NCBI GenBank assembly: GCA_964291285.2
Contig: OZ219785.1
Span: forward strand, 256,001-320,000
DNA: 64,000 nucleotides
From: Alphaproteobacteria bacterium
Lineage (GTDB): Bacteria; Pseudomonadota; Alphaproteobacteria; Bin95
Direction: 5' to 3'
In this document: positions 1 through 13,842 of the stretch, piece after piece
Layout: every line of letters begins with the position of its first letter
How positions within the stretch are numbered: position 1 is the first letter of the stretch
Program-made: the position numbers and the translations under genes
Notes under the pieces: generated by a model
Told to the model about the DNA's origin: nothing
What the model saw: the letters and a program-made list of their open reading frames with translations, nothing else
The model's database searches: none

Positions 1-571
1 CCGTGCCCCGCGCCAGATCCATTTCCGCCAGCGCCAGGCCGGCCCTCGCCTGCACGAGCTGCGCGCGCGCCGCATCCAGCTCGGAGCGCAGCCAGGCCCG
101 CTCCTGCTCCTTGTCCTGCAGGCGCGCCTTGCTGAAGGCGGCCGAGCGGCGCAGCTTCTCGTAGCGCGCGATCTCCTGCTCGACCCGCTCCAGCCGGGCC
201 CCGGCGGCCAGGGCACGGGCGGCGACCGCGTCGGCCGTGGCGCCGCGGGCGTCGCGCTCGGAGGTGAGCCTCTCGATATCGAGCACCGCCAGCACATCGC
301 CCTTCGCCACCCGGTCGCCCACCTGCACGCGCATTTCCGTGACCGCGCCCACGGTCTGCGCCGCCACCGAGCCGCGCATCCGCGACACGAGCCTGCCGAA
401 CACCGGCGCAGTCTCCGCCAGCGGCTCTACGACGACCTTGTCCACCCGGACCGGCGAGGGACGCTGGGCCTCGGCTCCGGCAGGCCAGAGCGCGAGGAAC
501 GCCAACAGCGCCGAACCGGCGGCCAGGGAAAGGAAATGCAGCGATGGAAACCGCGCCGCGATGATTGCCAT
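1..571 (-). CDS. Efflux RND transporter periplasmic adaptor (membrane fusion protein), 3' part outside window
   Basis: Manual translation MAIIAARFPSLHFLSLAAGSALLAFLALWPAGAEAQRPSPVRVDKV...VAAQTVGAVTEMRVQVGDRVAKGDVLAVLD: signal/TM segment plus lipoyl-like MFP motif. Confidence 0.8.
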   Translation of the reverse strand, partial: MAIIAARFPSLHFLSLAAGSALLAFLALWPAGAEAQRPSPVRVDKVVVEPLAETAPVFGRLVSRMRGSVAAQTVGAVTEMRVQVGDRVAKGDVLAVLDIERLTSERDARGATADAVAARALAAGARLERVEQEIARYEKLRRSAAFSKARLQDKEQERAWLRSELDAARAQLVQARAGLALAEMDLARGT

Positions 572-722
572 GGGCAGCTCTCTTGCCGCCGCAGGACCGA
601 CGGACGGCGGCGCAAATTGGGGCTGGGCCCGACGGAAGTCAACGGGACGGGCCCCGCTGCCGGACGATCCGGCTATGATGGCGGGACCGGGACCCGCACG
701 CCGCCGGGAGGCCGGATTCGAC

Positions 723-1652
723 ATGACCACGCTGCTGTTCGTCCACGATGCCGCTGCCGGCCACGATACCGGCCCCGGCCATCCCGAGCGCGCGGCGCGG
801 GCCCGCGCGGTCGCCGCCGCGCTCGACGCGCCGGATTTCGACGGCCTCGAACGCCGCGAGCCGCCGGAGGCCGGGCGGGAGGCGCTGGAGCGGGTCCACT
901 CCGGCGAATATGTGGACCTCGTGCTCTCCAACATGCCGGCGCGCGGCCATGTGCGCTTCGATGCCGACACCGTCGCCTCGCCCGGAACGAAGGAAGCGGC
1001 GCTCAGGGCCGCGGGCGCCGCGACGGCGGCGGTGGACGCGCTCATGGCGGGCGAGGCGGAGACCGCCTTCTGCGCCATGCGCCCGCCCGGCCACCATGCC
1101 GAACCCGCCCGCGCCATGGGGTTCTGCTTCTTCAACAGCGTCGCGGTCGGCGCCGCCCATGCCCGCACCGTTCACGGCGTCGGTCGCGTCGCCGTGGTCG
1201 ATTTCGACGTCCATCACGGCAACGGCACCCAGGCGGTCTTCTGGGACGAGCCCGATGTGCTGTTCGCCTCGACGCACCAGATGCCGCTCTATCCCGGCAC
1301 GGGCGCGGAGCGGGAATCCGGCGCGCACGGCCAGATCGTCAATGCGCCCCTGCCGCCGGGCGCGGACGGCGGGGCGTTCCGCCGGCGCTTCGAGGAGCGC
1401 GTGCTGCCAGCGGTGGAGGCGTTCCGCCCGGACCTTGTGCTGGTCTCGGCCGGTTTCGACGCCCACCGCGCCGACCCGCTGGCGCAGCTCGAACTCGACG
1501 CGGAGGACTTCGCCTGGGCCACGCGGCAGTTGCTGGCCGCCGCCCGGCGCCATGCCGGCGGCCGGCTCGCGGCCGTGCTCGAAGGCGGCTACGACCTCGA
1601 TGCGCTGGAGGAATGCGTCGGCGCGCATGTCGGGACGCTCGCGGGGGCCTGA
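723..1652 (+). CDS. Histone deacetylase family / acetylpolyamine amidohydrolase-like protein
   Basis: HPE, RPPGHHA, GFCFFN, DFDVHHGNGTQ, SAGFDAH, LEGGY motifs; start set at ATG 723 (MTTLLF). Confidence 0.92.
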   Translation: MTTLLFVHDAAAGHDTGPGHPERAARARAVAAALDAPDFDGLERREPPEAGREALERVHSGEYVDLVLSNMPARGHVRFDADTVASPGTKEAALRAAGAATAAVDALMAGEAETAFCAMRPPGHHAEPARAMGFCFFNSVAVGAAHARTVHGVGRVAVVDFDVHHGNGTQAVFWDEPDVLFASTHQMPLYPGTGAERESGAHGQIVNAPLPPGADGGAFRRRFEERVLPAVEAFRPDLVLVSAGFDAHRADPLAQLELDAEDFAWATRQLLAAARRHAGGRLAAVLEGGYDLDALEECVGAHVGTLAGA

Positions 1653-1679
1653 CGCTCCGGGCCGGCCGGTAACAGTGGT

Positions 1680-1955
1680 TCATTCGCAAGAAATCAGTAA
1701 TAATTCCTTATTTATTATTGACATATCGGAATCTTGTGCTATATTGGAGCGCAGGAAGGAAGCGGCGTCCGGGGCCGCTTCGTTTCGCCGTTCGCGCCGG
1801 CGCGAAAAAAGCCCCCGATTCGGCCGACAGGCGAGGTGCGCCCTGCGTCCGCCTCGCGCGCACGGGCGCACCCGGGCAATCAGGCGCGCGAACCGCGCCG
1901 CCGCGGAACGCGCGCGGACGGGCGCGGGCACCGGCGCGCATTACGCGCGAATTAG
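1680..1955 (+). repeat. Dispersed non-coding element copy A, 5' part (continues after the two ISs)
   Basis: Shares TTCGCGCCGGCGCGAAAAAAGC, CGGGCAATCAGGCGCGCGA and CATTACGCGCGAATTAG with the reverse complement of ~37340-37610. Confidence 0.75.
1718..1745 (+). promoter_or_regulatory. sigma70-like promoter at head of dispersed non-coding element
   Basis: TTGACA-16 nt-TATATT with a TG just upstream of the -10, in an AT-rich patch. Confidence 0.55.
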
Positions 1956-5183
<3,228 letters not shown>

Positions 5184-5329
5184 CCGACAACACAGTCGCT
5201 CTCCCGCCTGCGGAAGAGGCCGGGAGCGGGCCGGCGGCCGTGCGGCTCGCAAATACCTTGCCGGAACAAGAAAGGGCCTCCCGCGGTTCTCCCTTGGCCA
5301 GGCGAAGGAAGGGGATTCGCGGAAGGATC

Positions 5330-5445
5330 CACCTCATGCCCGAACCGGATACAGGATATGCACCTTTCGCATGCAAAACATGACATCTCATGACATGCCG
5401 CACGGCGCCTCACGGCAAAACATGACATTCCATGACATGCCCGGC
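5330..5445 (+). repeat. Dispersed element copy A, 3' part with CATGACAT pairs
   Basis: AAAACATGACATCTCATGACAT and AAAACATGACATTCCATGACAT; homologous to the reverse complement of ~37085-37210. Confidence 0.7.
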
Positions 5446-5611
5446 ATATCCCGGCAGCCGCGCCGCCGCTGCCGGGATGCGCTCGCACGCCCGCCCGTTC
5501 CGGGCCGCGGCCAGCCGGGTCCGGCAGGCATATCGATGGATAAGCGTTGTTCCCCGATGCGCCCGTTATCCATTATCGTGATCCACGTTCGATCCCAGGT
5601 CGGAGAAGACG

Positions 5612-6709
5612 ATGCCGCAGGACACAGCAGGCCCCGACAGGCCGAAATGGTACGGCTATCTGCAACTCGTCGTCATTCTCGGCGCGATCGCCGTCGCGCT
5701 CTATCTCGCCCGGGCGCCGGAACGGGTTGAGCGCATCGACAGGTCGGCGCTGGAAACCCGGGAAAGGCGGCCTGCCGTCAATGTCATCCAGCCGACGCCC
5801 ACGGAGCAGGCGCTGACGCTTCGCCTGACCGGCTCTGTCGTGCTGAAGGAACGGGCGGCGGTGGTATCGGAAGTCGTCGGGCGCGTTGTCTGGGTCTCGC
5901 CGAAATTCGAGCCTGGCGGGTCTATAGAGGCCAATGAGGTGTTCATCCGGATCGACCCCGAGGAATACGAACTCAGGGTTGAAGAAGCGAGGCTGGAAGT
6001 AGCGGAACTCGAACATGACATAAGCGGGAAGGAAGCCCGCAACGAAAACACCGCGCGCCTGGCCCTGAAGCTGGAAAAGGCGCGCGTGGCGCTTCGGCTG
6101 GCGGAGCTGCAGCTTCGCAGGACGAACATTTCCTTTCCCTTCGATGCCCGCGTGATTTCCTCGAGCGTCGAGGTCGGCGAGCTTGCCGGCCCGGCGGAGA
6201 AGGTCGGCAAAGCCGCAATATTGGGCCGCGTCTATCGACCCCAATCCATCCGCGTGGCGGCTCCCGTCGAGCAGCGGGACCTCAGGCATCTCGCCCCGGT
6301 GGTCGGGCGAACGGCCGAAGTCCGCACCAGAACCGGGGTCTTCAGGGCGAAAGTCGCAGCGGTCTCCTCGGTGGTGGCGGCCAAGAGCCGGCTCGCCTCG
6401 CTTTTCCTGAACTTTTCCGACGACCTGCCTGCCGCCTCCCTGCCTCTTCCCCGCACCTTCGCCGAGATCGTCATTGCCGGGCCGGAACACAGCGGCGTCT
6501 ATGTGTTGCCGGACGCGGCCGCGCAGGCCGGCGACCGCGTCTGGGTCGTCAGGGACGGCGCGCTCAACTCGGTCGAGCCGCGGATTCTGGGCAGGATCGA
6601 CGGCGGATGGGTGGTGGAAGCCTTCGATGCCGGCGACGGCGTGGTTCTCGGCACCCTGCCGGCAGCCCGCGAGGGCCTTGCCGTGACCGCCGCGAAACCG
6701 CAGGCATAG
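5612..6709 (+). CDS. RND efflux membrane fusion protein
   Basis: N-terminal TM, VVSEVVGRVVWVS lipoyl-like motif, coiled coil, TNISFPFDA; directly upstream of an RND permease. Confidence 0.85.
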   Translation: MPQDTAGPDRPKWYGYLQLVVILGAIAVALYLARAPERVERIDRSALETRERRPAVNVIQPTPTEQALTLRLTGSVVLKERAAVVSEVVGRVVWVSPKFEPGGSIEANEVFIRIDPEEYELRVEEARLEVAELEHDISGKEARNENTARLALKLEKARVALRLAELQLRRTNISFPFDARVISSSVEVGELAGPAEKVGKAAILGRVYRPQSIRVAAPVEQRDLRHLAPVVGRTAEVRTRTGVFRAKVAAVSSVVAAKSRLASLFLNFSDDLPAASLPLPRTFAEIVIAGPEHSGVYVLPDAAAQAGDRVWVVRDGALNSVEPRILGRIDGGWVVEAFDAGDGVVLGTLPAAREGLAVTAAKPQA

Positions 6710-6718
6710 GGGCGCGGC

Positions 6719-9700
6719 ATGAGCAACAACGACGCGGGCGGGGGCGCCGGCGGGACCGGAGCGCCTGTGCGGCGGGGCCCGATCGCCTGGTTTGCGGCGA
6801 ACCCCGTCGCCGCGAACCTCCTGATGGTCTTCCTGATCGCCGCGGGCGCGATCGCCGGCTCGCAGCTCGTGGTCCAGAACTACCCGGAATTCGACGCGCG
6901 CCGCATTGCCGTCAAGATCCCGTCGCCCGGCGCATCGCCGAGGGAAGTGCAGGAGGACGTCGTCCGCCGGGTCGAGGAAGCGATTGTCGGCATACCCGGC
7001 GTCAGCCGGGTGGTCAGCACGGCGAAGGAAGGCATCGGCCTGATCGACGTGGAGCTCGAGACCTTCGCCGATGACGAGGCGGTTCTGAACGACGTCGAAA
7101 GCGCCATCGACACCATAGAGAACTTCCCGCCTCCGAACGCGGAACGGCCCAAGGTCTCCCTTCTCAGATGGCGGAACGATGTCGTGACGATTGCGGTTTT
7201 GTCCGCCTCGGCGACGGAAGCCGGCCTTCGGCTCGCGGCGGAGGATTTGCGCGACTCGCTGCTGGCCCTGCCGAAAATCTCCCACATAGAGTTCCAGGGC
7301 GCGCGCGACCGGGAGATCACGATAGAGCTGAGCGAGGAGGACCTGCGGCGAAACCGGCTCCAGATATCCGACGTCAGGCAGGCGATCCGGCGCGCCTCGC
7401 TCAATCTGACCTTCGGCGAGCTGCGGACCGATGCGGGCGGTGTCGTGCTGCAGGTGGTGGCGAAGCGGAAATACAGCACGGAATTCAAGGACATACCGCT
7501 TATCACCCGCCTCGATGGAACGGTGGTGACGCTGGGCGATGTCGCCAGGATTCGCGACGGCTTCGTCGATGAAAATGTCCTGACCGAACTCGACGGCACA
7601 CCGGCCGTATTTCTCCGGATAAGCGCCACGGGCAGGCAATCGACCAAGGAGGTCCGGAACATTGTCGTCGGGTTTCTCGATAGCTACAGCCCGGCCGGGC
7701 ATGTTTCGGTCGAAGTCTGGGACGACAAGGTCGATCTAACGGTCGAGCGGCTGACGCTGATTCTGGGGAACGCCGTGATCGGTGCGGTCCTGGTGTTCAT
7801 CTGCCTGGTCGCGGTGTTCGACCTTCGGGTGGCTTTCTGGACGGCCTTCGGCATTCCTCTGGCCTTCGTCGGGTCGCTGGTCTTCTTCACGCCGGCCGAC
7901 CTGACCTTGAACATGGGCACCCTGTTCGCCTTCTTCCTGATGGTCGGCATCGTGGTGGACGACGCCGTTGTCGTCGGGGAGAGCATCGCGACGGAAAGAA
8001 GCCGCGGCGGGACGGCGCTTGGCGCCGCGATTGCCGGCGCACGAGCCGTTGCAGGGCCGCTGGTCGTCGGCGCGGCAACGACGATGATCGCACTGGTCCC
8101 CCTGCTGTTCATCAACGAAGGCACCTGGCAGATCATCCGGGTCATCCCCTGGGTGGCGCTGTTCGTGCTGGCGGTTTCCCTGGTGGAGGCATTCTTCATC
8201 CTGCCGGCGCATCTCTCGCATGACAGGCCCTGGAGCGCGCCGCCGCTGAGCGGTTGGCAGGGGGCGGTGCGCGGCTGGCTCGACGGCGTCCGCGACAGCG
8301 TGGTGGCTGCAACCGTTTCCTGGTCGGTGCGCCATGTCTGGATGGCGCTCGCCATCGGGATCGCCGTCGTGGCGTGCGCGGTGCTGCTTCTGCGCCAGCA
8401 CGAGGTGCGGGTGCTGTTCGCGGAGACAAGGGCGAGCGTTTCCAACATGGTGCAGGTGGAGTTGCGCCTGCCGGCCGGTTCCCCGTTCGAGGCGACGCTC
8501 GCCGCCGCCGAGCGCTTCAGGGATGCCGCTGAGGGGGTAAACGAGGACCTGGAAGGCACATCGGTCAAGTCGGTCAGCATCGTGGTCGGCAAGATCCTGT
8601 CCACCCGACCCGGTGACGCCGAGCTCTCGGGCGACCATCTGGCGACGGTAAGGGTTCATCTTTATCGCCGCCCGGTCCGCATAGCGCAGCCGAGCGAGGT
8701 GGAACGCGCCTTGCGGGCCCGCGTCGGCGATGTTTCGAGCCTCGAACATGTGGAATATGTGACCAGCCGGAGCAAGCTCAGGCCGAATCTCGCCTATTCG
8801 ATACGCCATGACGACCCGCAGGTCCTGCAGGGCGCCGCGCGGAAGCTCCGCTCCGCCCTCGCCTCGATACACGGCGTTTACGGCGTTTACGACAATCTCT
8901 CGCCCGGCAAGCGGCAGCTCGAGATAGAACTGACGCCGGCCGGCAAGGCGGCCGGGCTTTCGCCGGCGCTGCTGGGAGCGCAGTTGCGCGCCCGGCTTCA
9001 TGGCGCCGAAGCGCAGCGCATCCAGCGTGGCCGCGAGGAAATCGAGGTCGTCGTCAGATATCCCGCGGAACGCCGCCGGAGCCTGAAGGAACTGGCCGGG
9101 ATGCGCATAGACCGGCCCGGCGGGGGCGAGGTGCCGCTCTCCCTGGTCGCAACGCTCACCGAAAAGCAGGAAATGGCCGAGCTGACGCGGATCGACGGCA
9201 AGCCGGCCGTCTTCGTGGAGGCGAAGGCGGACGCCGCGGTCATCACGCCGATCCAGGCCCGCAGGCTGATCGAGGACGGCGTCGTGCGGGAGCTGCGCGC
9301 CGCGCATCCCGGAATCGCGGTGGAGAGGGACGGCGGGGCGCGAAACGAGCGGCGGGTGCTGGAAACGCTTGCCACGCTGGTGCCGCTTGCGCTGATCGCC
9401 ATGTATGCGGTCATGGCGGCGTTCCTGCGCAGCTACTGGAAGCCGCTGGTCGCCGCGGCCGGAATCCCGGCCGCCTTCGCCGGCGCGGTGCTGATGCACT
9501 GGATACTCGGCTGGGATTTCTCCTTCATGTCGGTATTCGGGATCGTCGCCGTCTCGGGCGTCGTCGTGAACGATGCGCTGGTGCTGCTCGACCGCTACAA
9601 CATCATCCGCCGGGAGAACGACGCCCTGCCGGCGGTCGCCGCCGCGGCGGCCGCCACGCGCCACCGTTTCCGCGCCGTGCTGCTCACCAGCCTGACGACG

Positions 9701-9859
9701 GTGCTCGGCCTCTCGCCCCTCCTTTACGAGCGCAGCGACGCCCTGCTCTTCCTGGTGCCGTTCGTCGCCAGCATGCTGGGCGGGCTCGTATTGGCGGGCA
9801 TGTTCGTCCTGTTCCTCCTGCCGGCGATGGTGATGATCGCCGACGGCAGGCATGAATAG
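6719..9859 (+). CDS. RND efflux permease (AcrB/AcrD/AcrF family)
   Basis: 1046 aa; NPVAANLLM start, GIVVDDAVVVGE, GVVVNDALV, RFRAVLLTSLTT motifs. Confidence 0.93.
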   Translation: MSNNDAGGGAGGTGAPVRRGPIAWFAANPVAANLLMVFLIAAGAIAGSQLVVQNYPEFDARRIAVKIPSPGASPREVQEDVVRRVEEAIVGIPGVSRVVSTAKEGIGLIDVELETFADDEAVLNDVESAIDTIENFPPPNAERPKVSLLRWRNDVVTIAVLSASATEAGLRLAAEDLRDSLLALPKISHIEFQGARDREITIELSEEDLRRNRLQISDVRQAIRRASLNLTFGELRTDAGGVVLQVVAKRKYSTEFKDIPLITRLDGTVVTLGDVARIRDGFVDENVLTELDGTPAVFLRISATGRQSTKEVRNIVVGFLDSYSPAGHVSVEVWDDKVDLTVERLTLILGNAVIGAVLVFICLVAVFDLRVAFWTAFGIPLAFVGSLVFFTPADLTLNMGTLFAFFLMVGIVVDDAVVVGESIATERSRGGTALGAAIAGARAVAGPLVVGAATTMIALVPLLFINEGTWQIIRVIPWVALFVLAVSLVEAFFILPAHLSHDRPWSAPPLSGWQGAVRGWLDGVRDSVVAATVSWSVRHVWMALAIGIAVVACAVLLLRQHEVRVLFAETRASVSNMVQVELRLPAGSPFEATLAAAERFRDAAEGVNEDLEGTSVKSVSIVVGKILSTRPGDAELSGDHLATVRVHLYRRPVRIAQPSEVERALRARVGDVSSLEHVEYVTSRSKLRPNLAYSIRHDDPQVLQGAARKLRSALASIHGVYGVYDNLSPGKRQLEIELTPAGKAAGLSPALLGAQLRARLHGAEAQRIQRGREEIEVVVRYPAERRRSLKELAGMRIDRPGGGEVPLSLVATLTEKQEMAELTRIDGKPAVFVEAKADAAVITPIQARRLIEDGVVRELRAAHPGIAVERDGGARNERRVLETLATLVPLALIAMYAVMAAFLRSYWKPLVAAAGIPAAFAGAVLMHWILGWDFSFMSVFGIVAVSGVVVNDALVLLDRYNIIRRENDALPAVAAAAAATRHRFRAVLLTSLTTVLGLSPLLYERSDALLFLVPFVASMLGGLVLAGMFVLFLLPAMVMIADGRHE

Positions 9860-9947
9860 GCCGGCCGGCAGCGAAACGCGGTTTGACAGCCGGCAGGCGG
9901 GGCCCTAGTTTGCCTGCCGTTCCAGTATTGCAGCGGAGGCGCATGCG

Positions 9948-10115
9948 ATGGCCAAGCCGGCAACCGTCATGGTGAAGCTCGTCAGCACGGCCGACACGGG
10001 CTATTTCTACGTCACCAAGAAGAACCCGCGGACCAAGACCGAGAAGCTCGAGATCCGCAAATTCGACCCCATCGCGCGCAAGCATGTCGTCTTCAAGGAA
10101 CAGAAGATGAAGTAG
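9948..10115 (+). CDS. rpmG: 50S ribosomal protein L33
   Basis: Manual translation [55 protein letters not shown] (below the ORF track cutoff). Confidence 0.97.
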   Translation: MAKPATVMVKLVSTADTGYFYVTKKNPRTKTEKLEIRKFDPIARKHVVFKEQKMK

Positions 10116-10170
10116 CGGCGCCAGCCGCTTCGCCTGCTGCGGGCGCGGGCCGCCTATCGGACGGGATTTC

Positions 10171-11340
10171 ATGGAAGCCGGCGAGGTCGCGGCCGTTTGC
10201 CGGAATTGCGGCCGTCCCGCCGCCGCGCCCGTTCCGACACGCTGCCCGTCCTGCCGTTCTCCGCGCTTCGCCGCGCATCCCGAGATTGCCCGCGTCGGCA
10301 TCGCGCATCTCGACTGCGACGCCTTCTACGCCGCCGTCGAAAAGCGGGACGATCCGGGCCTTGCCGACCGCCCGGTTGTGATCGGCGGCGGGCGGCGCGG
10401 CGTCGTCGCCGCCGCCTGCTATGTCGCGCGGCGCTTCGGCGTGCGCTCGGCCATGGCCATGTACAAGGCGCTCGAAGCCTGCCCCCATGCGGTGGTGCTG
10501 AGGCCCGACATGGCGAAATACCGCAAGGTGGGACGCGAGGTCCGGGCCCTGATGCGCGAGGCCACGCCCCTGGTCGAGCCGATCTCCATCGACGAGGCGT
10601 TTCTCGACCTCAGCGAACACAAGCTCCCGGCCGCCGCCGCTGTCCGCCTTGTCCGGCGGATCGAGGACGAGGTCGGCATCACGGTCTCGGTGGGACTGGC
10701 GGCCAACAAGTTCCTCGCCAAGATCGCCTCGGACCTCGACAAGCCGCGCGGCTTCGCCGTGATCGGCCCGCAGGAAGCGCCGGCGTTCCTTGCCGGGAAG
10801 CCGGTCACGATCATCCCGGGCGTGGGCGCCGCAATGGCCCGGCGGCTCCGGGCCGAGGGCGTGCTTGCGGTCGCCGACCTGCGCCGCTGGACGGAAGCGG
10901 AGATGACGGCCCGGTTCGGCGCGTTCGGGCGGCGCCTCTATAACTTCGCCCGCTGTCGGGACGACCGGCCGGTCCAGCCGGTGAGCGAGACGCGCAGCAT
11001 TTCAGCCGAAACGACCTTCGAGAACGACCGCAGCGGCTATGACGACCTCGCCCGCGCCCTGCCGCCGCTGGCCCGGACGGTCGCAACCCGCCTCGACACC
11101 GCCGGACTCGCTGCCGGGTCCGTCGTGCTGAAGCTCAAGACGGCCGACTTCCGCACGCATACCCGCAGCCACGCGCTCGCCTTCGCCACGCAGCGCGCGG
11201 ACCGCCTGCTGGAAGAGGCGGAGCGGCTCCTCCGGCCCGAGGCGGACGGCCGCGCCTTCCGCCTGATCGGGCTCGGCGCGGCGGACCTCGCGCCGCCGGA
11301 CGCCGCCGACCCGCCGGAACTCTTCGCCGGCGCGTGCTGA
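10171..11340 (+). CDS. dinB: DNA polymerase IV
   Basis: HLDCDAFYAAVE, ACYVAR, SIDEAFLD, KIASDLDKP; N-terminal Cys cluster typical of alphaproteobacterial DinB. Confidence 0.93.
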   Translation: MEAGEVAAVCRNCGRPAAAPVPTRCPSCRSPRFAAHPEIARVGIAHLDCDAFYAAVEKRDDPGLADRPVVIGGGRRGVVAAACYVARRFGVRSAMAMYKALEACPHAVVLRPDMAKYRKVGREVRALMREATPLVEPISIDEAFLDLSEHKLPAAAAVRLVRRIEDEVGITVSVGLAANKFLAKIASDLDKPRGFAVIGPQEAPAFLAGKPVTIIPGVGAAMARRLRAEGVLAVADLRRWTEAEMTARFGAFGRRLYNFARCRDDRPVQPVSETRSISAETTFENDRSGYDDLARALPPLARTVATRLDTAGLAAGSVVLKLKTADFRTHTRSHALAFATQRADRLLEEAERLLRPEADGRAFRLIGLGAADLAPPDAADPPELFAGAC

Positions 11341-11371
11341 ACACATGTCGCGGCCTCAGGGCCGGAACAGG

Positions 11372-13717
11372 TCAGGCGGCCTGCCGGCGGCGTCGAAGCT
11401 GGGACAGTCCGACAAGGCCGAGCAACGCCATCCCGATAGGATAGACCAGCTCCTTGGGCGGCAGGCCCGTCTGCTCGATATCGACGCCGGTCACATAGTC
11501 GCCCCAATCCAGCCCGGCCCGCTCGGCCATGCCGTTGAAGGCCAGGTCGGCCACGGCATAGCGCCCGTCGTCTTCGCGCCCGATCCGGAGCCCGAAGGTT
11601 TCCGCGGGGCTGCCGGCCGGGTCTTCGGGGGTCTTCAGGGCGAACAATTTGTAGCGGTCCCCATAGTCGGTCTCGCGCGTCACATGCAGCCGGACATGCC
11701 GTTCCGGCACGGGCGCAAACCCACCCGAGACGAACGATTCGAAGTCGACCGGCTCATAGGGCGGTGCGACCTGGTCCATGAAGAAGCCGGGGCGGAACAG
11801 CATGAAGCAGGCCACGGCGAGCAGCGCTCCCTCGTACCACCTGACCCGGACCAGCATCCAGCCCTGGGTAAGCGAGCTGAATGCCAGAATGGCGAACAGC
11901 GACATGAGCACGACAAGGGCTCCGTGCCAGATGTTGTCGATGCCGATCAGCAGCAATTCGGTGTTGAACAGGAACACAAGCGGCAGGACAGCGGTGCGGA
12001 TGTCGTAGAGGAAAGACTGCACGCCGGTCTTCAACGGGTCCGCCCGGGAGATGGCGGAGGCCGCGAATGCCGCGAGGCACACGGGCGGCGTCGAATCCGC
12101 CAGCAGCCCGTAATAGAAAACGTAGAGGTGGACGGCGATCAGCGGCAGGACGAGGCCGGAAGCGCTGCCGAGCTCCACCAGCACGCCGCCGAGCAGGGAG
12201 GCGACGACCAGGTAGTTTGCGGTCGTCGGCAGCCCCATGCCGAGCACGATGCAAAGCACGGCGGTCAGTCCCAGAAGGACATAGACATTGCTGCCGGCAA
12301 TGGCCTCGACGACGCCGACCATGGCGTTGTTGAGGCCGGTCGATGACACCGCGCCCACAATGACGCCCGCGGCGGCCACGGCTACGGCAATCCCGATCAT
12401 ATTGCGGGCGCCTGCGACCATGCCGGCATAGATCTCGGCGAGCCCCTGCGCCACGGCGTCGATGACGGCGACGCCGTCTCCCCGTATTGCCCCGGCGATC
12501 CGGCGGACGAGGATGATCCCCATGAGGGAGAGGATGGAATAGAACACCGCGCTGTGCGCACTCCAGCGCTCCACCATCAACAGATAAACGAGGATCACGA
12601 TGGGGATGAGGTAGTGCAGGCCGCTCAGGAAGGTCGTCCGGAGCGGCGGGACCTCGGCGGCGGGCAGCCCGGAAAGCCCCAGCTTCTGCGCCTCGAGGTG
12701 GGAAATGTAGAACAGCGCGATATAGCTGAGGGCAGCCGGGATTGCCGCCGCTATCACCACATCGACATAGGAGATGCCGATGAACTCGGCGATGATGAAC
12801 GCCGCCGCGCCCATGATCGGCGGCATGATCTGGCCGTTCGTCGATGCCGCGACCTCGATGGCGCCCGCCTTGACCGCCGGCATGCCGATCCGGCGCATGA
12901 CGGGAATCGTGAAGGTGCCCGTGGTGACGACGTTGGCGATCGACGAGCCCGAAATCATGCCCGTCATGCCCGAGGCGAGGATCGCCCCCTTGGCCGGGCC
13001 GCCGCTGTATCGGCCCACCATGGCGAAGGAAAGCGCGAGGAAATACTGCCCGGCCCCTGCCTTGTCGAGCAGCGCACCGAACAGCACGAACAGGAAAACG
13101 AAACTGACCGAGACGCTCAACGGGATGCCGAAAACGGCCTCTCCAGTCAGCCACTGGTAGCCGATCAGCCGGTTCAGGCTGAGCCCCTTGTGCGAGACGA
13201 TGTCTGGCATCACCTGGCCGAAGATCGAATAGACCAGGAAGACGAGGCAGACGATGACCAGCGGCGTGCCGACCGCCCGGCGCGCGGCCTCGAGCAGCAG
13301 CACGATGCCGATGCCGCCGAGAATCGCCTCGACCGGCACGCCGTTCCAGACATGGAGCACGCCCTGCCGGGCAACGAGGCCGTCCCATCCGAAGAACAGG
13401 TAAAGGGCGGCGAGGCAGCCGAGAAGGGCGCAGGCGACGTCATGGAAGGGCAGGTCGTGCCCTGCCCGGCCGCGCGACGCCGGGTAGATCAGGAAGCACA
13501 GCAACAGGGCGAAAGACAGATGAATGCCGCGGGCGGGAACATCGCCAATGACCGCGAAGTCGAGCATGAACGGGAAAGGAGAGGCGATCCACAGCTGGTA
13601 GATCGACCAGGCGAAACAGATTGCGCTGACCGCTACGGCGAGCCGCGGTCCTTGCCGGCGGCCCTGGAATTCCACGTCCTCCAGGGTCTTGTCGGTATCG
13701 GCAGGCGGCTTCGCCAT
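11372..13717 (-). CDS. TRAP transporter fused 4TM/12TM permease
   Basis: GGPAKGAI, GSSIANVVTTGTFTIP, GQIMPPIMGAAAF, GMGLPTTANY motifs. Confidence 0.92.
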   Translation of the reverse strand: MAKPPADTDKTLEDVEFQGRRQGPRLAVAVSAICFAWSIYQLWIASPFPFMLDFAVIGDVPARGIHLSFALLLCFLIYPASRGRAGHDLPFHDVACALLGCLAALYLFFGWDGLVARQGVLHVWNGVPVEAILGGIGIVLLLEAARRAVGTPLVIVCLVFLVYSIFGQVMPDIVSHKGLSLNRLIGYQWLTGEAVFGIPLSVSVSFVFLFVLFGALLDKAGAGQYFLALSFAMVGRYSGGPAKGAILASGMTGMISGSSIANVVTTGTFTIPVMRRIGMPAVKAGAIEVAASTNGQIMPPIMGAAAFIIAEFIGISYVDVVIAAAIPAALSYIALFYISHLEAQKLGLSGLPAAEVPPLRTTFLSGLHYLIPIVILVYLLMVERWSAHSAVFYSILSLMGIILVRRIAGAIRGDGVAVIDAVAQGLAEIYAGMVAGARNMIGIAVAVAAAGVIVGAVSSTGLNNAMVGVVEAIAGSNVYVLLGLTAVLCIVLGMGLPTTANYLVVASLLGGVLVELGSASGLVLPLIAVHLYVFYYGLLADSTPPVCLAAFAASAISRADPLKTGVQSFLYDIRTAVLPLVFLFNTELLLIGIDNIWHGALVVLMSLFAILAFSSLTQGWMLVRVRWYEGALLAVACFMLFRPGFFMDQVAPPYEPVDFESFVSGGFAPVPERHVRLHVTRETDYGDRYKLFALKTPEDPAGSPAETFGLRIGREDDGRYAVADLAFNGMAERAGLDWGDYVTGVDIEQTGLPPKELVYPIGMALLGLVGLSQLRRRRQAA

Positions 13718-13791
13718 GATCGGACCGCCGTTTCCCGCTGCCGCAAGGCTGGAGCGCGCCCGGCCGCTGCCCTGCGGGGCGACAGATGGTC

Positions 13792-13830
13792 AAAAAGAGA
13801 CGGCCGGCGCCCGCTCGGGGCGCCGGCCGC
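13792..13830 (-). terminator. Intrinsic terminator / stabilising hairpin after TAXI gene
   Basis: CGGCCGGCGCCC...GGGCGCCGGCCG stem followed by TCTCTTTTT on the minus strand. Confidence 0.6.
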
Positions 13831-13842
13831 CAGAGGCTGAGG

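Noticed and set aside
5371-5730. ORF with MTSHDM/MTFHDM repeats
   Set aside because: Translation of the CATGACAT DNA repeats; overlaps the MFP gene and is not kept intact in copy B
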